DNA of 47,823 bases from contig VMGJ01000004.1 of assembly GCA_007376485.1 (NCBI GenBank), positions 72,717-120,539 of the forward strand, given 5' to 3'. The notes beneath the pieces were generated by a model that was given only the letters and a program-made list of their open reading frames with translations, did not search any database and was not told where the DNA came from. The stretch is from Parcubacteria group bacterium Licking1014_17 (GTDB lineage: Bacteria > Patescibacteriota > Minisyncoccia > 2-02-FULL-40-12 > IGHO2-01-FULL-4-A). Positions 37,254 to 47,021 of the stretch are shown here, in pieces. The first letter of the stretch is position 1. Each line of letters starts with the position of its first letter. The translations under genes and the position numbers were made by a program.

Positions 37254-37805
37254 TTATTTTTGGCTGAAATCAACTTTGACGACTTCGCGCTCCTTTTCGC
37301 CGATTTCAAAGAATTCTTCTTTCTGGAAGCCCATCATTGAGGCGATAATATTTGTCGGAATTGTCTGAATTTTGGTGTTGTAAACCAGAACGTTGGAGTT
37401 GTAGAACCTGCGGGCAGCCTGGATTTTATTTTCGGTGTCGGACAGCTCTTCCTGAAGTTTCATGAAGTTCTCGGAAGCGCGGAGAGTCGGATACGCTTCG
37501 GCGACGGCGAACAAGCTCTTGAGGGTACTACTCAACGCGTTTTCGGCTTTCATTTTTTCTCCGACTGTCGTCGCGCTCATGGCGGCGGCGCGGGCTACCG
37601 TAACGTTTTCGAAAACTTGTTTTTCGTGAGCCGCGTAACCCTTCACGGTTTCAACCAAATTCGGGATCAAATCATAGCGGCGTTTCAGCTGGACGTCTAT
37701 GTCCGACCATGATTCTTTGACGCGATTCCGGCTTCTGACGAGCGTATTATACGAAAGCACGAGCCAGAGAGCTATGACGACAATAATTGCGGCGATGATT
37801 GGCAT
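37254..37805 (-). CDS. lemA: LemA family protein
   Basis: [28 protein letters not shown] and E.YP.L.A.ENF. Confidence 0.96.
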   Translation of the reverse strand: MPIIAAIIVVIALWLVLSYNTLVRSRNRVKESWSDIDVQLKRRYDLIPNLVETVKGYAAHEKQVFENVTVARAAAMSATTVGEKMKAENALSSTLKSLFAVAEAYPTLRASENFMKLQEELSDTENKIQAARRFYNSNVLVYNTKIQTIPTNIIASMMGFQKEEFFEIGEKEREVVKVDFSQK

Positions 37806-37926
37806 ATTATTATTGGCACATGACGCCTTTTAAAAAGCGGCATGCGAGTTATTTTTAATAACATTTAGTATAATCCTATCCATCCCGCGTGGCAACACTT
37901 AGTATAAGCGGATAATTTCCTACTTA

Positions 37927-38056
37927 TGAAGGAATGTGTCTTTGAGCAGTATAGCGAGCCAGTTTTGCTTGGTCTCCCGAAGGGAGAAAACTGGCGAGGT
38001 ATAAGTGAAGGCTTCGCCGGAAAGCCCGAACATCTGCGAAAAGATGTATTCCTTCA
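37927..38056 (+). repeat. Palindromic element C (tandem-G.A hairpin family)
   Basis: TGAAGGAATGTGTCTTT-GA-GCAG / CTGC-GA-AAAGATGTATTCCTTCA; inner stem GCCAGTTTT/AAAACTGGC. Confidence 0.8.
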
Positions 38057-38067
38057 GTTGCGGCCTG

Positions 38068-39258
38068 TTATTCGTAGCTTAATTTCTCAACCGTTAAATC
38101 GACTTCCCGCGCGATTTGTCCCAGTTCGTCGGTTTTGATGACGAGTATTTTTACCGGCGCGCCGTCTTTTTGAATTTCTCCTTCGCCGTCCGTTTTGGAT
38201 TCGTTTTTCTTGTCGTCGAGAATTATCCCCAAAGCATCCAGACCGGCACAGATTTTTTTTCGCATGTAGGACGAACGTTCGCCGATGGTAGCCGTGAAAA
38301 CAAGGGCATCTAGACCGTTAAGCGCCGCGAAGTAGGCGCCGATATATTTTTTAACCCTGTAAGCGAACATACCCAAAGCCAGAACTCCCCTTTCGTCGCC
38401 GGTCTTATCCAGTTCTATAAGCTCGCGCACGTCGGAAGTCAGCCCGCTCACGCCCCTTAGTCCGCACTGAAAATTCAAAAATTCTTCCATTTTTTCGGGA
38501 GACATTTTCAGTTCTTTTTGAAGATGAAGAATTAAGCCGGCATCTATATCGCCCGGGCGGGTGCCCATAACCAAGCCCTCAAGCGGCGTGAAACCCATTG
38601 AGGTATCCACGGATTTGCCGTTTTTAATCGCGGCTATACTGGCTCCGCTGCCGAGATGGCAAATAACCATTTTCTCCGGTGTTTTTTTGTACATTTCTTC
38701 CACTTTCCGTAAAACTGAAGCATAAGAGGTGCCGTGAAAGCCGTATCTTTGCGGCTTGTGCTGGTCTGGAATGTTTTGGGGAATCGCGTAAAGGCGAGCA
38801 TAATCCGGAATCGTAGCATGAAAACTTGTGTCAAAAACCGCTATCTGCGGGATATTCGGCAACAAGCCGGCGAATATTTTTATTTCTTTGATGGCGGGAG
38901 CGTTGTGGAGCGGCGCCATCGGTATCAACGCCTCAAGTTCTTTAATGATTTTTTCGTCAATTACCAGCGGCTGGCGGTTGGTTCCGCCGTGAACTACCCT
39001 GAAGCCGATGGCGGTTATCATTGAAACATCCAAAAGCAGATTTTCCCTGACGATTAATTTTAGAACCTCCTCGGCCGAATTTTTGTATTCTTCCGGCGTA
39101 ACATCAAAGGATTTTTTATTTTCCTTGATTTTAACTTCCAGAATGTAATCTTTGCCGACGGTTTCGTAATGGGCAATAAGCGCCAACTCGCCCTCGCGAT
39201 AGAGAGCGTATTTTTTTGACGCGCTTCCGGTATTTACAATGAGATAATTTTTCCCCAT
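38068..39258 (-). CDS. ackA: Acetate kinase
   Basis: N.GS.S.K, RVVHGG, APLHN, YGFHG, HLGSGAS and DTSMGFTPLEG motifs. Confidence 0.96.
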   Translation of the reverse strand: MGKNYLIVNTGSASKKYALYREGELALIAHYETVGKDYILEVKIKENKKSFDVTPEEYKNSAEEVLKLIVRENLLLDVSMITAIGFRVVHGGTNRQPLVIDEKIIKELEALIPMAPLHNAPAIKEIKIFAGLLPNIPQIAVFDTSFHATIPDYARLYAIPQNIPDQHKPQRYGFHGTSYASVLRKVEEMYKKTPEKMVICHLGSGASIAAIKNGKSVDTSMGFTPLEGLVMGTRPGDIDAGLILHLQKELKMSPEKMEEFLNFQCGLRGVSGLTSDVRELIELDKTGDERGVLALGMFAYRVKKYIGAYFAALNGLDALVFTATIGERSSYMRKKICAGLDALGIILDDKKNESKTDGEGEIQKDGAPVKILVIKTDELGQIAREVDLTVEKLSYE

Positions 39259-39267
39259 TTTATTTCC

Positions 39268-39331
39268 ATCCCGGACAAAGCAAGAAACCTCCGGTTTCTG
39301 CCGAAATTATATTTCAGTCTTCGTACGGGAC
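39268..39331. repeat. 64-bp three-way-junction repeat, copy 2, overlapping the xfp 3' end
   Basis: Similar to 9790-9853; contains the xfp stop codon. Confidence 0.8.
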
Positions 39332-41652
39332 CACTTCCAATTCGTAATTTCTTCCTGGTCCTCGCCATGCGCGATGGCATAATCCCTATGCTCCCGTATT
39401 TTTTGGGTGTATTCGGAAGTCAGCCGCTCGGCTTTTGCCTGTTCAACAACTCCTTTCGCTTTCATAAACTCTATTGCCTGGATAACCAAATGAAATCTGC
39501 TTGTCCGATTTCTTAATTGCATATCAAAAGGAGTCGTCGTTGAACCCTGGTCGCGGTAGCCGTTGACCAAAGTCCATCTCCGGTCGCACATTTTGAAAAA
39601 AGCGTGTTCGGCGATTGCCGGATAGCCGTAAAAATTAACAATTACCGGCTTGTCGGGGGCGAAATATCCGGCAAACTCTTCTTTAGTCAGCGGATCTTTT
39701 TCCCTGCCCAAACCCAATGTCGTCAACTGGGAAACATTTACGAATCTTATTTTAATTTCCGGAGCGGTTTCTTTGAGAATGCTTATCGCGGCCAAAACTT
39801 CTTTGGTTAAATAATCTCCGACGCCGCACATCACCAAATCGGGATTTTCTTCGCTGGCAAAATTCCAGGTCGCTATTCCCCGTTCAACATCGCGCTTGGC
39901 TTCTTCCATAGTCCGCCACTGCGGCTCCGGGGTTTTACCGGCAACCAAGAGATTCACCTCGTTCGTGCTTCTGAAGGCGTTGTCCATGGCAGCTAAAGTT
40001 GTGTTGGCGTCCGCCGGGAAATAGGCATTGACGAAATCCACGTGCTTTTCGAGCATTCCGCTGACAAAACCGGGGTTCTGGTGTGAAAAGCCGTTATGGT
40101 CCTGCCGCCAGCCCGGCGAAGTGAGAATATAAATGGTCGAAGCAATCGGATTGCGCCACGGATATTTTTTAGCTTCTTTTAAAAATTTTACGTGCTGGTC
40201 GGCCATGCTGGCAATCACCTCTATAAACGCCTCATAAGAAGCCAACGCCGCGTGGCGACCCGTGAGAATATAGCCCTCCATTAAGCCCTCCAATGTCTGC
40301 TCGCTCAAGAGCTCCATCACCCTTCCGTCGGGAGCCATATCTTTGTCCCATTTTTTGCCGGGCAGCACCCATGCTCTTTTGGTTTCTTCAAAAACGGCAT
40401 CAAGTTTGTTTGAGTATGTTTCGTCGGGAGAGAAAAGTCTGAAATTTTTTTCCTCTCTGTTGAGGGCGAAAATTCTTTTCATCATTTCGCCCAGAGCCTT
40501 CATACTGCTCGCTTCTTCCCTGCCGGGCGCCGATATTTTTATTTCAAGCTGGGACAAATCGGGCATCTTTAGCGGTTTGTAAATCTGACCGCTGAAAGCG
40601 TGGCGATTTTTGCCCATTCTTAAATCCCCTTCGGGCAGCAAATCTTTGATATCCTGGCAAAAACCCGTGTTTTCTTCGTATAATTCTTCGAACTTATAGC
40701 CGTGCAGCCATTTCTCGATTGTTTTCAGCGATGATTTGTTTGTTTTGGCGTCGGGGCAGACAACCTGATGTGAAGCGTAATTACCCTCAAGTTTTAATCC
40801 CTTGAATGATTTCGGGCCTGTCCAGCCTTTCGGGGTTTTGAGAATTATCATGGGCCAGCGCGGCTGGAACTGGACTTTTTCTTCACCCGCTTTTTTCTGG
40901 ATTTCTTTTATTTTCTGGTAAGCCGATTCAAAAACTTCCACCGCCTTTTCGAAAATCTTCGGGCTGAATTCAATTATCATGGGTTCATAGCCATAGCCGG
41001 TAAATAGCGCCTTGAGTTCGCGGTTGCTCATTCTGCCGAAAATTGTCGGTCCGGAAATTTTGTAGCCGTTCAAGTGCAGAATCGGAAGCACGGCGCCGTT
41101 GCCGGCGGGGTCAAGAAGCTTATTTGCGTGCCACGCGGCGGCAAGCGCTCCGGTTTCGGCTTCGCCGTCTCCAATAAGGCAGGCGGTAATCAGGTCGGGA
41201 TTATCCAAAACCGAGCCGAACGATGTCGAAAGCGAATAGCCCAACTCTCCGCCCTCGACAATCGCGCCCGGCGTTCCCGGATTTGAATGGCTGGGCGAAC
41301 CGTAGGGCCAGCTGAAACTTTTCGCCAGATAAGCGATGCCGTCGTAATCCCGCTTCGCTTTTTCGTCGTATTCTCCCAAAGTGCCCTCTATGAATAAATT
41401 AGAACGCAAGCCCGGATAACCGTGGCCCGGTCCGAGAACAAACATAATACTCGCGCTATATTTTTTAACCAGATACGCGAGATTAGCGTATGTAAAAGTA
41501 ATTCCCGGCACGCTCCCCCAGTGTCCCAAAAGCCGCGGTTTGATATGTTCTTTCTTGAGCGACTCTTTCAACAAAAAATTATCCTGCAGATAAATCTGAA
41601 CGGCTGACAGATAATTCGCCGCCCGGAAAAGCTTTTTGATATTTTCGATCAT
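39307..41652 (-). CDS. xfp: Xylulose-5-P/fructose-6-P phosphoketolase
   Basis: LLGHWG, GPGHG, EGGELGY, GDGEAETG and QDHNGFSHQNPGF motifs; start MIENIKK at 41652. Confidence 0.96.
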   Translation of the reverse strand: MIENIKKLFRAANYLSAVQIYLQDNFLLKESLKKEHIKPRLLGHWGSVPGITFTYANLAYLVKKYSASIMFVLGPGHGYPGLRSNLFIEGTLGEYDEKAKRDYDGIAYLAKSFSWPYGSPSHSNPGTPGAIVEGGELGYSLSTSFGSVLDNPDLITACLIGDGEAETGALAAAWHANKLLDPAGNGAVLPILHLNGYKISGPTIFGRMSNRELKALFTGYGYEPMIIEFSPKIFEKAVEVFESAYQKIKEIQKKAGEEKVQFQPRWPMIILKTPKGWTGPKSFKGLKLEGNYASHQVVCPDAKTNKSSLKTIEKWLHGYKFEELYEENTGFCQDIKDLLPEGDLRMGKNRHAFSGQIYKPLKMPDLSQLEIKISAPGREEASSMKALGEMMKRIFALNREEKNFRLFSPDETYSNKLDAVFEETKRAWVLPGKKWDKDMAPDGRVMELLSEQTLEGLMEGYILTGRHAALASYEAFIEVIASMADQHVKFLKEAKKYPWRNPIASTIYILTSPGWRQDHNGFSHQNPGFVSGMLEKHVDFVNAYFPADANTTLAAMDNAFRSTNEVNLLVAGKTPEPQWRTMEEAKRDVERGIATWNFASEENPDLVMCGVGDYLTKEVLAAISILKETAPEIKIRFVNVSQLTTLGLGREKDPLTKEEFAGYFAPDKPVIVNFYGYPAIAEHAFFKMCDRRWTLVNGYRDQGSTTTPFDMQLRNRTSRFHLVIQAIEFMKAKGVVEQAKAERLTSEYTQKIREHRDYAIAHGEDQEEITNWKWSRTKTEI

Positions 41653-41781
41653 ATAAACAATTATACCAGCAATTGAATTAATAAACACGGCGAGGTTGAC
41701 TTATACCACATGCCGGTTTATGCTGGTAGGCGGGTATTCGATGCCAGTCCTTTCAAAATTTACGCGAAAAAGGAGGAGACC

Positions 41782-42645
41782 ATGTTTCTTAATGAGTATT
41801 TGGATATCGAGTATTACAGGCAATCATATGGTGTAGACCTTTTTTCGGAAGGAGAGAGGAACACACCAACCATCGGCGTGAAAATTGATTCCCGTCATGT
41901 CTATCGCTTAAGTGTAGGGCTAAAAAGATTCGGGGAAGAGCATAAAAAGAACAGTAACTGGTCAATGAATTCGATCGATGAAAAAAATGAGCGGCGACTG
42001 CTTGTCAGGGCCGCACTGCCCGATGTTAATGAACTGGGAGATGGGTGCGCAGAGTGCGACGGCACCGGCGAAGATGAAGACGGTGCTGCGTGCCGCTTCT
42101 GCGAGGGTATGGGCTGCGAACACTTTGTAAACTACGCGATCGCCCACCAGTTTTTTGAAAGTTTGGGAAAGCTTTTCAATTTGTGCAATCGTTGGCAAGA
42201 CCATTATGACTTTTTCGTATTGGAACCGAAAAAACAGCTGATAGTCGTCAAATTATGGTTTGCCGCTACCGATGTTGTTGGTGGAAGTCGTGTCTATTCA
42301 ATCGGCGGCTATTTAAGCAGCATGTTGGAGGAGTGGATTTTCTCAAAAGTCGATGAAAAAAATTTCGCCGATAAAGTATCCCGTACCATGGGGGATATCC
42401 ACTACCACATATGCCAGCAAAGGATAAATTGTTCCTTGTTCATTGACGGGAAAGACCGTAGTTGGCAAATGACCTGCGGAGACCATGCCCTGATTCACTA
42501 CAATGCTATTTTTCCAGGTTCCGATTTAAAAAGGAGCAATCTCCTCAGATCGCATAATATAGAAAACCCCGTACACGCGCTGACGCTCTTTGGCGGTATC
42601 GCCGCTTTATGTAGTCTCGCCCGCGCTGAGGGCGTAGGTTGCTGA
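41782..42645 (+). CDS. Hypothetical protein with two CxxCxGxG repeats
   Basis: SD AAGGAGG before the ATG at 41782; CAECDGTG and CRFCEGMG. Confidence 0.7.
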   Translation: MFLNEYLDIEYYRQSYGVDLFSEGERNTPTIGVKIDSRHVYRLSVGLKRFGEEHKKNSNWSMNSIDEKNERRLLVRAALPDVNELGDGCAECDGTGEDEDGAACRFCEGMGCEHFVNYAIAHQFFESLGKLFNLCNRWQDHYDFFVLEPKKQLIVVKLWFAATDVVGGSRVYSIGGYLSSMLEEWIFSKVDEKNFADKVSRTMGDIHYHICQQRINCSLFIDGKDRSWQMTCGDHALIHYNAIFPGSDLKRSNLLRSHNIENPVHALTLFGGIAALCSLARAEGVGC

Positions 42646-42661
42646 ATTTGCTTCTTTTACG

Positions 42662-42692
42662 AAATTGCCCTCAACTAGAGGGCAATTTTTTT
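42662..42692 (+). terminator. Intrinsic terminator
   Basis: AAATTGCCCTC-aacta-GAGGGCAATTT followed by a T-run. Confidence 0.75.
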
Positions 42693-42750
42693 ACCAGCTT
42701 CCGCCTCCGCTACACAGTGGACAGCAAAAGGTGGTTTTTTTAATTGCCAA

Positions 42751-43497
42751 TTACCGGAATTTAATAGGTATTCTTATTTCGGCGGCGTTTTGAGGCAAGT
42801 CGGAAGGATTGTCTTTGACTAAAACCAAAGTTCCCTCGTCTGTCTGCGACACATTGAATTCAAGATTAGCCTCAAAGGGCACGAAGTTTTCCGTCATCCA
42901 GTCGGATTTTGCCGTAGCTTGGGTTTGGACAAATATGTTGCCGTCTCCGTCCAGTAATCTGACCGGGAATGACGCCTCAAAATACCAGGGACCCTTCGCT
43001 TCGCCTTTAATCACATATGGGCTTTTAATAACTTCCCCCAGGGTCGGCGAACTCACGCTAATCAAAGGATTTTGGACGAATAATTTCGAAACGGTAACCG
43101 TGCTGCCGGTTAGCGACCCCTCAACAATTAATCTGTCGCCGAGATTCCCGATATTCCATTTGGTGTCAAAGCAGGGCAGGTTGGTTATCCCCTGATTGCA
43201 GAAACTGCTGTCGTTGAATTTAAGAAATGCTTTCAGCGCCGGCTCGGGATCGCCGCCGGGTTCCTCGTAAAGCAAAGCCCATTGCTCACCACTGCCCTGC
43301 CCGGAAACGAGATTACCGTATTTTATGAACTTGCATTCTTCCGTGGGTTTCGGCGCGCTCGGATTGCCGTGCCTAACCCACTGGCCGTTGTCGCAAATCC
43401 AGGTATCCTCGTTCCCACCGATAAAAAACCTTATTCCAAACCACACCGCAATAACGAGCATGACGATTATCGCAACAACCGCTGTCTTTTTATTCAT
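42751..43497 (-). CDS. Membrane-anchored protein with a C-terminal Gmad2-like Ig domain
   Basis: N-terminal TM, EDTWIC..GQW..HG.P, G.WYFEASFPV and DNPS.LP motifs. Confidence 0.82.
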   Translation of the reverse strand: MNKKTAVVAIIVMLVIAVWFGIRFFIGGNEDTWICDNGQWVRHGNPSAPKPTEECKFIKYGNLVSGQGSGEQWALLYEEPGGDPEPALKAFLKFNDSSFCNQGITNLPCFDTKWNIGNLGDRLIVEGSLTGSTVTVSKLFVQNPLISVSSPTLGEVIKSPYVIKGEAKGPWYFEASFPVRLLDGDGNIFVQTQATAKSDWMTENFVPFEANLEFNVSQTDEGTLVLVKDNPSDLPQNAAEIRIPIKFR

Positions 43498-43600
43498 ATT
43501 AAATTGAGTTTATCTGAAGTTTTACGAAAAATCCACTTTTGATTCGGAGCTTAATTTAGACGCAGAAAAAAGTTTCGGGCTAGATTAGATCGGGGATGCC

Positions 43601-44599
43601 TCATTTGGTCATGATTATTTTTTTTGCCTTAATGGCATTTAGAATTTCTTTTACTTCGTCGAGGCTGGCTTCATCATGAATAGAGACGGCAATCGCTTTT
43701 TTGTTTATTTCTTGGAGTATTGAAATTTTCTTTTTGAGTTCGGCCGGAGACACCATATCGCTTTTGCTTAAAAATAGGTATTCTGCCTTTCCGGCCGATA
43801 ATTTGCTGTAATTTTCCAGCTCCCTTTTGACGATTCCGTAATCCGCGTCCGGATGTTCCGATTCGGCAGATATAAGATAGAAGAGAGCGCCCGTACGTTC
43901 AATGTGCTGAAGGAATTTTATACCCAATCCCTTGCCGGCTGAAGCACCCTCAATAAGCCCGGGGATGTCGGCTAAAATAAGCTCGTAATAGACGCCTAGG
44001 TTGGGTTCAAGGGTGGTAAAAGAATAATTGGCTACCTTGCTTTTCGCTCTGGTAAGTTCATTCAACAAACTAGATTTACCGGCGTTAGGCATGCCAATAA
44101 GTCCGACATCTGCGATGAGTTTAAGCTCAAAACGGATAGTAAATGACTCCCCCGGTTTGCCTTCGGTAAATTGTCTCGGGCTGGTATTCGTAGCGGACCT
44201 AAACTTAAAATTACCTATCCCGCCTTGCCCGCCCCTGGCTATGAGGAGCCTCTCGCCAATTTTCACGATTTCCCCCACTTCGCCTGCCTTGCCGGCAGGC
44301 AAACCTGTTTTAATCTTCGTAATAACCGTTCCTACTGGAATTTTAATCGTCAGATCTTTTCCGTTGCTTCCGTCTATGAATTGACCTCGCCCGCGTCCGC
44401 CATTTTCTGTTTTAACCTCTTTTTTATTTTTGAACTGCATCAGCATGCTTAGATCGGAAACTCCTTCACAGTAAACATCCCCACCTCTTCCGCCGTCTCC
44501 ACCAACAGGCCCGAGACTTTTTATATTTGTATTGAAGGCAACTGCTCCGTCTCCGCCATCTCCGGCATTAACCCTAATTGTAATATTATCAATAAGCAT
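43601..44599 (-). CDS. obgE: Obg/CgtA GTPase
   Basis: Gly-rich Obg fold; DVGLIGMPNAGKSSL, FTTLEPNLG, DIPGLIEGA and SKSD. Confidence 0.96.
   Translation of the reverse strand: MLIDNITIRVNAGDGGDGAVAFNTNIKSLGPVGGDGGRGGDVYCEGVSDLSMLMQFKNKKEVKTENGGRGRGQFIDGSNGKDLTIKIPVGTVITKIKTGLPAGKAGEVGEIVKIGERLLIARGGQGGIGNFKFRSATNTSPRQFTEGKPGESFTIRFELKLIADVGLIGMPNAGKSSLLNELTRAKSKVANYSFTTLEPNLGVYYELILADIPGLIEGASAGKGLGIKFLQHIERTGALFYLISAESEHPDADYGIVKRELENYSKLSAGKAEYLFLSKSDMVSPAELKKKISILQEINKKAIAVSIHDEASLDEVKEILNAIKAKKIIMTK
44283..44303. repeat. 21-bp GC palindrome inserted in frame in obgE (LPAGKAG)
   Basis: CCTGCCTTGCCGGCAGGCAAA; related to 17046-17066. Confidence 0.7.
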
Positions 44600-44628
44600 A
44601 ATTGAAACCGCTAATAATTCAGGTTGTC

Positions 44629-45930
44629 TTACCTTGGCTTCGTTTGCGGGCGAAAGCCGCGACGGCGAAAGTTCCCCCTGCGAGAGTATAAACTATACTG
44701 CGAGGACCGGGCTGGCATACCCATTGGCGAAGCGGGCTGATTCTGCCGTGGAGAACCAAAAGACCGAGTAGGTTGAACTGTCCGCACAAGAAGCAACTCC
44801 GGAAGTTTGGACACCGGCAAGCTCTTGCGAATAAGGCGCTCAATGGCACGAACTTCCCTGAACTCATCGGGCATGGCAAAGGTAATGGCATGGCCGCCGG
44901 CGCCGGCGCGGGCGGTACGACCGATGCGATGCACATAGCCATCAGAGGTTGAGGGCATATCGTAATTAATCACCAACTCAATACCACTGACATCTATACC
45001 GCGCGAAGCAATATCGGTAGCCACCAATGTCCGGTATTTGCCGGACTTAAATCCTGCCAGCGCCTCCCGCCTCTGGCCCAGAGAGCGATTCGAGTGAATT
45101 TCCACCGTGCTAATACCAACGACCCTCAACTGTCGCGCAATCTTATTGGCACCGTGTTTAGTTCTCGTAAAAATAAGAACCGAACCCAAATAACTTTCCA
45201 GTAATTTATTTAAAAGGGAAAATTTCTGAACATTGGATACAATAAAAAGCTCCTGAGTCACCTTTTCAACGATTGTACCTGTCGGCGCGATCTCTACCCG
45301 TATAGGCAGCTTCATGTGCCCGGCCGCCATCTTCATAATCTCCGGCGGCATGGTAGCTGAAAAAAGCATAGTTTGACGCTCTCCGGGCAATAGGCGAAAG
45401 ATTTGCTTTATCTGCGGAGCAAATCCCATGTCCAACATTCTATCGGCCTCGTCCAATACCACTACTCGGACATCGTTCAGGTGGATGTTTTTTTGCTGCA
45501 GGTGATCTATCAATCGCCCGGGAGTAGCGATAATAACATGCGGCTTGTTCGCAATAGCCCGTTTCTGTGGCCCCAGCGGAGCGCCGCCAATCAATACCAC
45601 CGTTCTTAATCTGATATCGCGGCCAATCCCGATAAGCGCCTCTTCTATTTGCAACGCCAACTCGCGCGTTGGTAAAATTATCAAACCCTGGCCCTTGATC
45701 TGGCTCAAACGCTGGAGCATAGGAATGCCGAATGCCAGAGTTTTACCTGTGCCGGTTTGAGCGATACCGACGATATCTTTACCCTGTATCGCAATAGGAA
45801 TTGCCTGCGCCTGAATCGGCGTCGGTGACTTGAACCCCGACTGCTCTAAAATATCCAAAAAACTGGGAGCGATTCCCATGCCATAAAAACTGGCTGTTTT
45901 CTCATGTTTGTGCCGTTCAATATTTTCCAT
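44629..45930 (-). CDS. DEAD-box RNA helicase (RhlE-like)
   Basis: Q motif, AQTGTGKT, PTRELA, DEAD, SAT and HRIGRT.R; start uncertain (45930 or 45957). Confidence 0.95.
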   Translation of the reverse strand: MENIERHKHEKTASFYGMGIAPSFLDILEQSGFKSPTPIQAQAIPIAIQGKDIVGIAQTGTGKTLAFGIPMLQRLSQIKGQGLIILPTRELALQIEEALIGIGRDIRLRTVVLIGGAPLGPQKRAIANKPHVIIATPGRLIDHLQQKNIHLNDVRVVVLDEADRMLDMGFAPQIKQIFRLLPGERQTMLFSATMPPEIMKMAAGHMKLPIRVEIAPTGTIVEKVTQELFIVSNVQKFSLLNKLLESYLGSVLIFTRTKHGANKIARQLRVVGISTVEIHSNRSLGQRREALAGFKSGKYRTLVATDIASRGIDVSGIELVINYDMPSTSDGYVHRIGRTARAGAGGHAITFAMPDEFREVRAIERLIRKSLPVSKLPELLLVRTVQPTRSFGSPRQNQPASPMGMPARSSQYSLYSRRGNFRRRGFRPQTKPR

Positions 45931-46166
45931 TAAATACTGGGGTTCGAAGAGAGCCAATCAATCAGTTTTTTTCGATGTCGGGTAATTGACCAGACATCCT
46001 TCTGCCTAAAAAGCGTAGGATGTGCCTCCTGAAACTTTTTTAGTGTCACAACTGTAGAACGGGGAAAGCCTGCTGGAATATTTTGATTATAGAACTCCAA
46101 AAACGCCGCAAATGTTACCGGCGCCTCGTTAAGCTCTTGTTGCTCCTTGTCCTTCTTGCTTCGCAT
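45930..46166 (-). CDS. Small hypothetical protein
   Basis: TTGATA-17-TATTAT promoter 7 nt upstream; stop coupled to the helicase start. Confidence 0.65.
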   Translation of the reverse strand: MRSKKDKEQQELNEAPVTFAAFLEFYNQNIPAGFPRSTVVTLKKFQEAHPTLFRQKDVWSITRHRKKLIDWLSSNPSI

Positions 46167-46360
46167 ACTTTAATAATACAATAGATTAATTAAAATATCA
46201 AGGTTTTGTCCCCTCCCCAACATAAACCACCCCGCTGGACGGGGTGGTTTCATTCATCGGGATTTGTCTGGAAAAAAGTTCGGATTTTGTTCAGGAGACA
46301 CAGCAAAATCGTTTTGCGATTTTGCTGCCGAATTAAAACGCTTACAAACTTTTGAAATTA

Positions 46361-46510
46361 TTCTGCCGAATTTAATTCACAAATGTAGAAAACGAAATCT
46401 AAACTGACGGAATTGCCCGCCCGCCGCCGAGCGGCGGGCGGGCAGAAAAACCCGTCGGCTTGCCCGCTCGCCGAAGTTGGCAAGCTTTAAAAACTTGACT
46501 TTTTAGATAC
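46361..46510 (+). repeat. Left arm of a long inverted repeat (pairs with 47634-47823)
   Basis: Near-identical reverse complement of the window end; contains the palindrome TGCCCGCCCGCCGC..GCGGCGGGCGGGCA. Confidence 0.9.
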
Positions 46511-46524
46511 TACGAAAACGAAAG

Positions 46525-46902
46525 TCATTTGAAAAATAAATTTTTCTTAATTTTTTCAGCAAGAGGAAAATTTTTCAAGAATTCAGTTTTTTGTTGAAAA
46601 ACATTAAATCCTTTTTCTTTGTATCTGGGTATCAAATGCCAATGGACAAAATTTGTTTCATCCATATAAACTAGATAAACTTTTTTCACTTTCAGAGTTT
46701 TTATCAAGGAATTCCTTACCGCAAAGACCATGTCCATAAGAAAATCATAATAAATGTCTGGCATTTTGCTCAAATCGTCAAACTCTTTTTTAGATACGAC
46801 AACTGTGTGACCCTTGGTAATCGGATATTTTGCTAAACAGGCATAAACATTATCGTCTTCAAAAATAATTGATTTTTTATTTGGTTTTGGTAGCTTGCTC
46901 AT
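46525..46902 (-). CDS. HIT family protein
   Basis: I.ED..VYA.L...PIT.GHT.V and a degenerate histidine triad FVHWHLIPR. Confidence 0.85.
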   Translation of the reverse strand: MSKLPKPNKKSIIFEDDNVYACLAKYPITKGHTVVVSKKEFDDLSKMPDIYYDFLMDMVFAVRNSLIKTLKVKKVYLVYMDETNFVHWHLIPRYKEKGFNVFQQKTEFLKNFPLAEKIKKNLFFK

Positions 46903-47021
46903 AAATTTTTCTCAATTTAATAATAGCACAATTAGATAAAAAAAGAAAGAATTATTATTTAAAATAAAAAAGTGGCAGTTACTATAATTCACTGCCACTA
47001 TGCGCGCGATTTCCTTCCGAA

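Noticed and set aside
43780-43805. SKLSAGKAE in ObgE as a third PAGKAG-type insertion
   Set aside because: The segment has the usual length between ELENY and the G4 motif, so no indel is needed, and the DNA similarity is weak.
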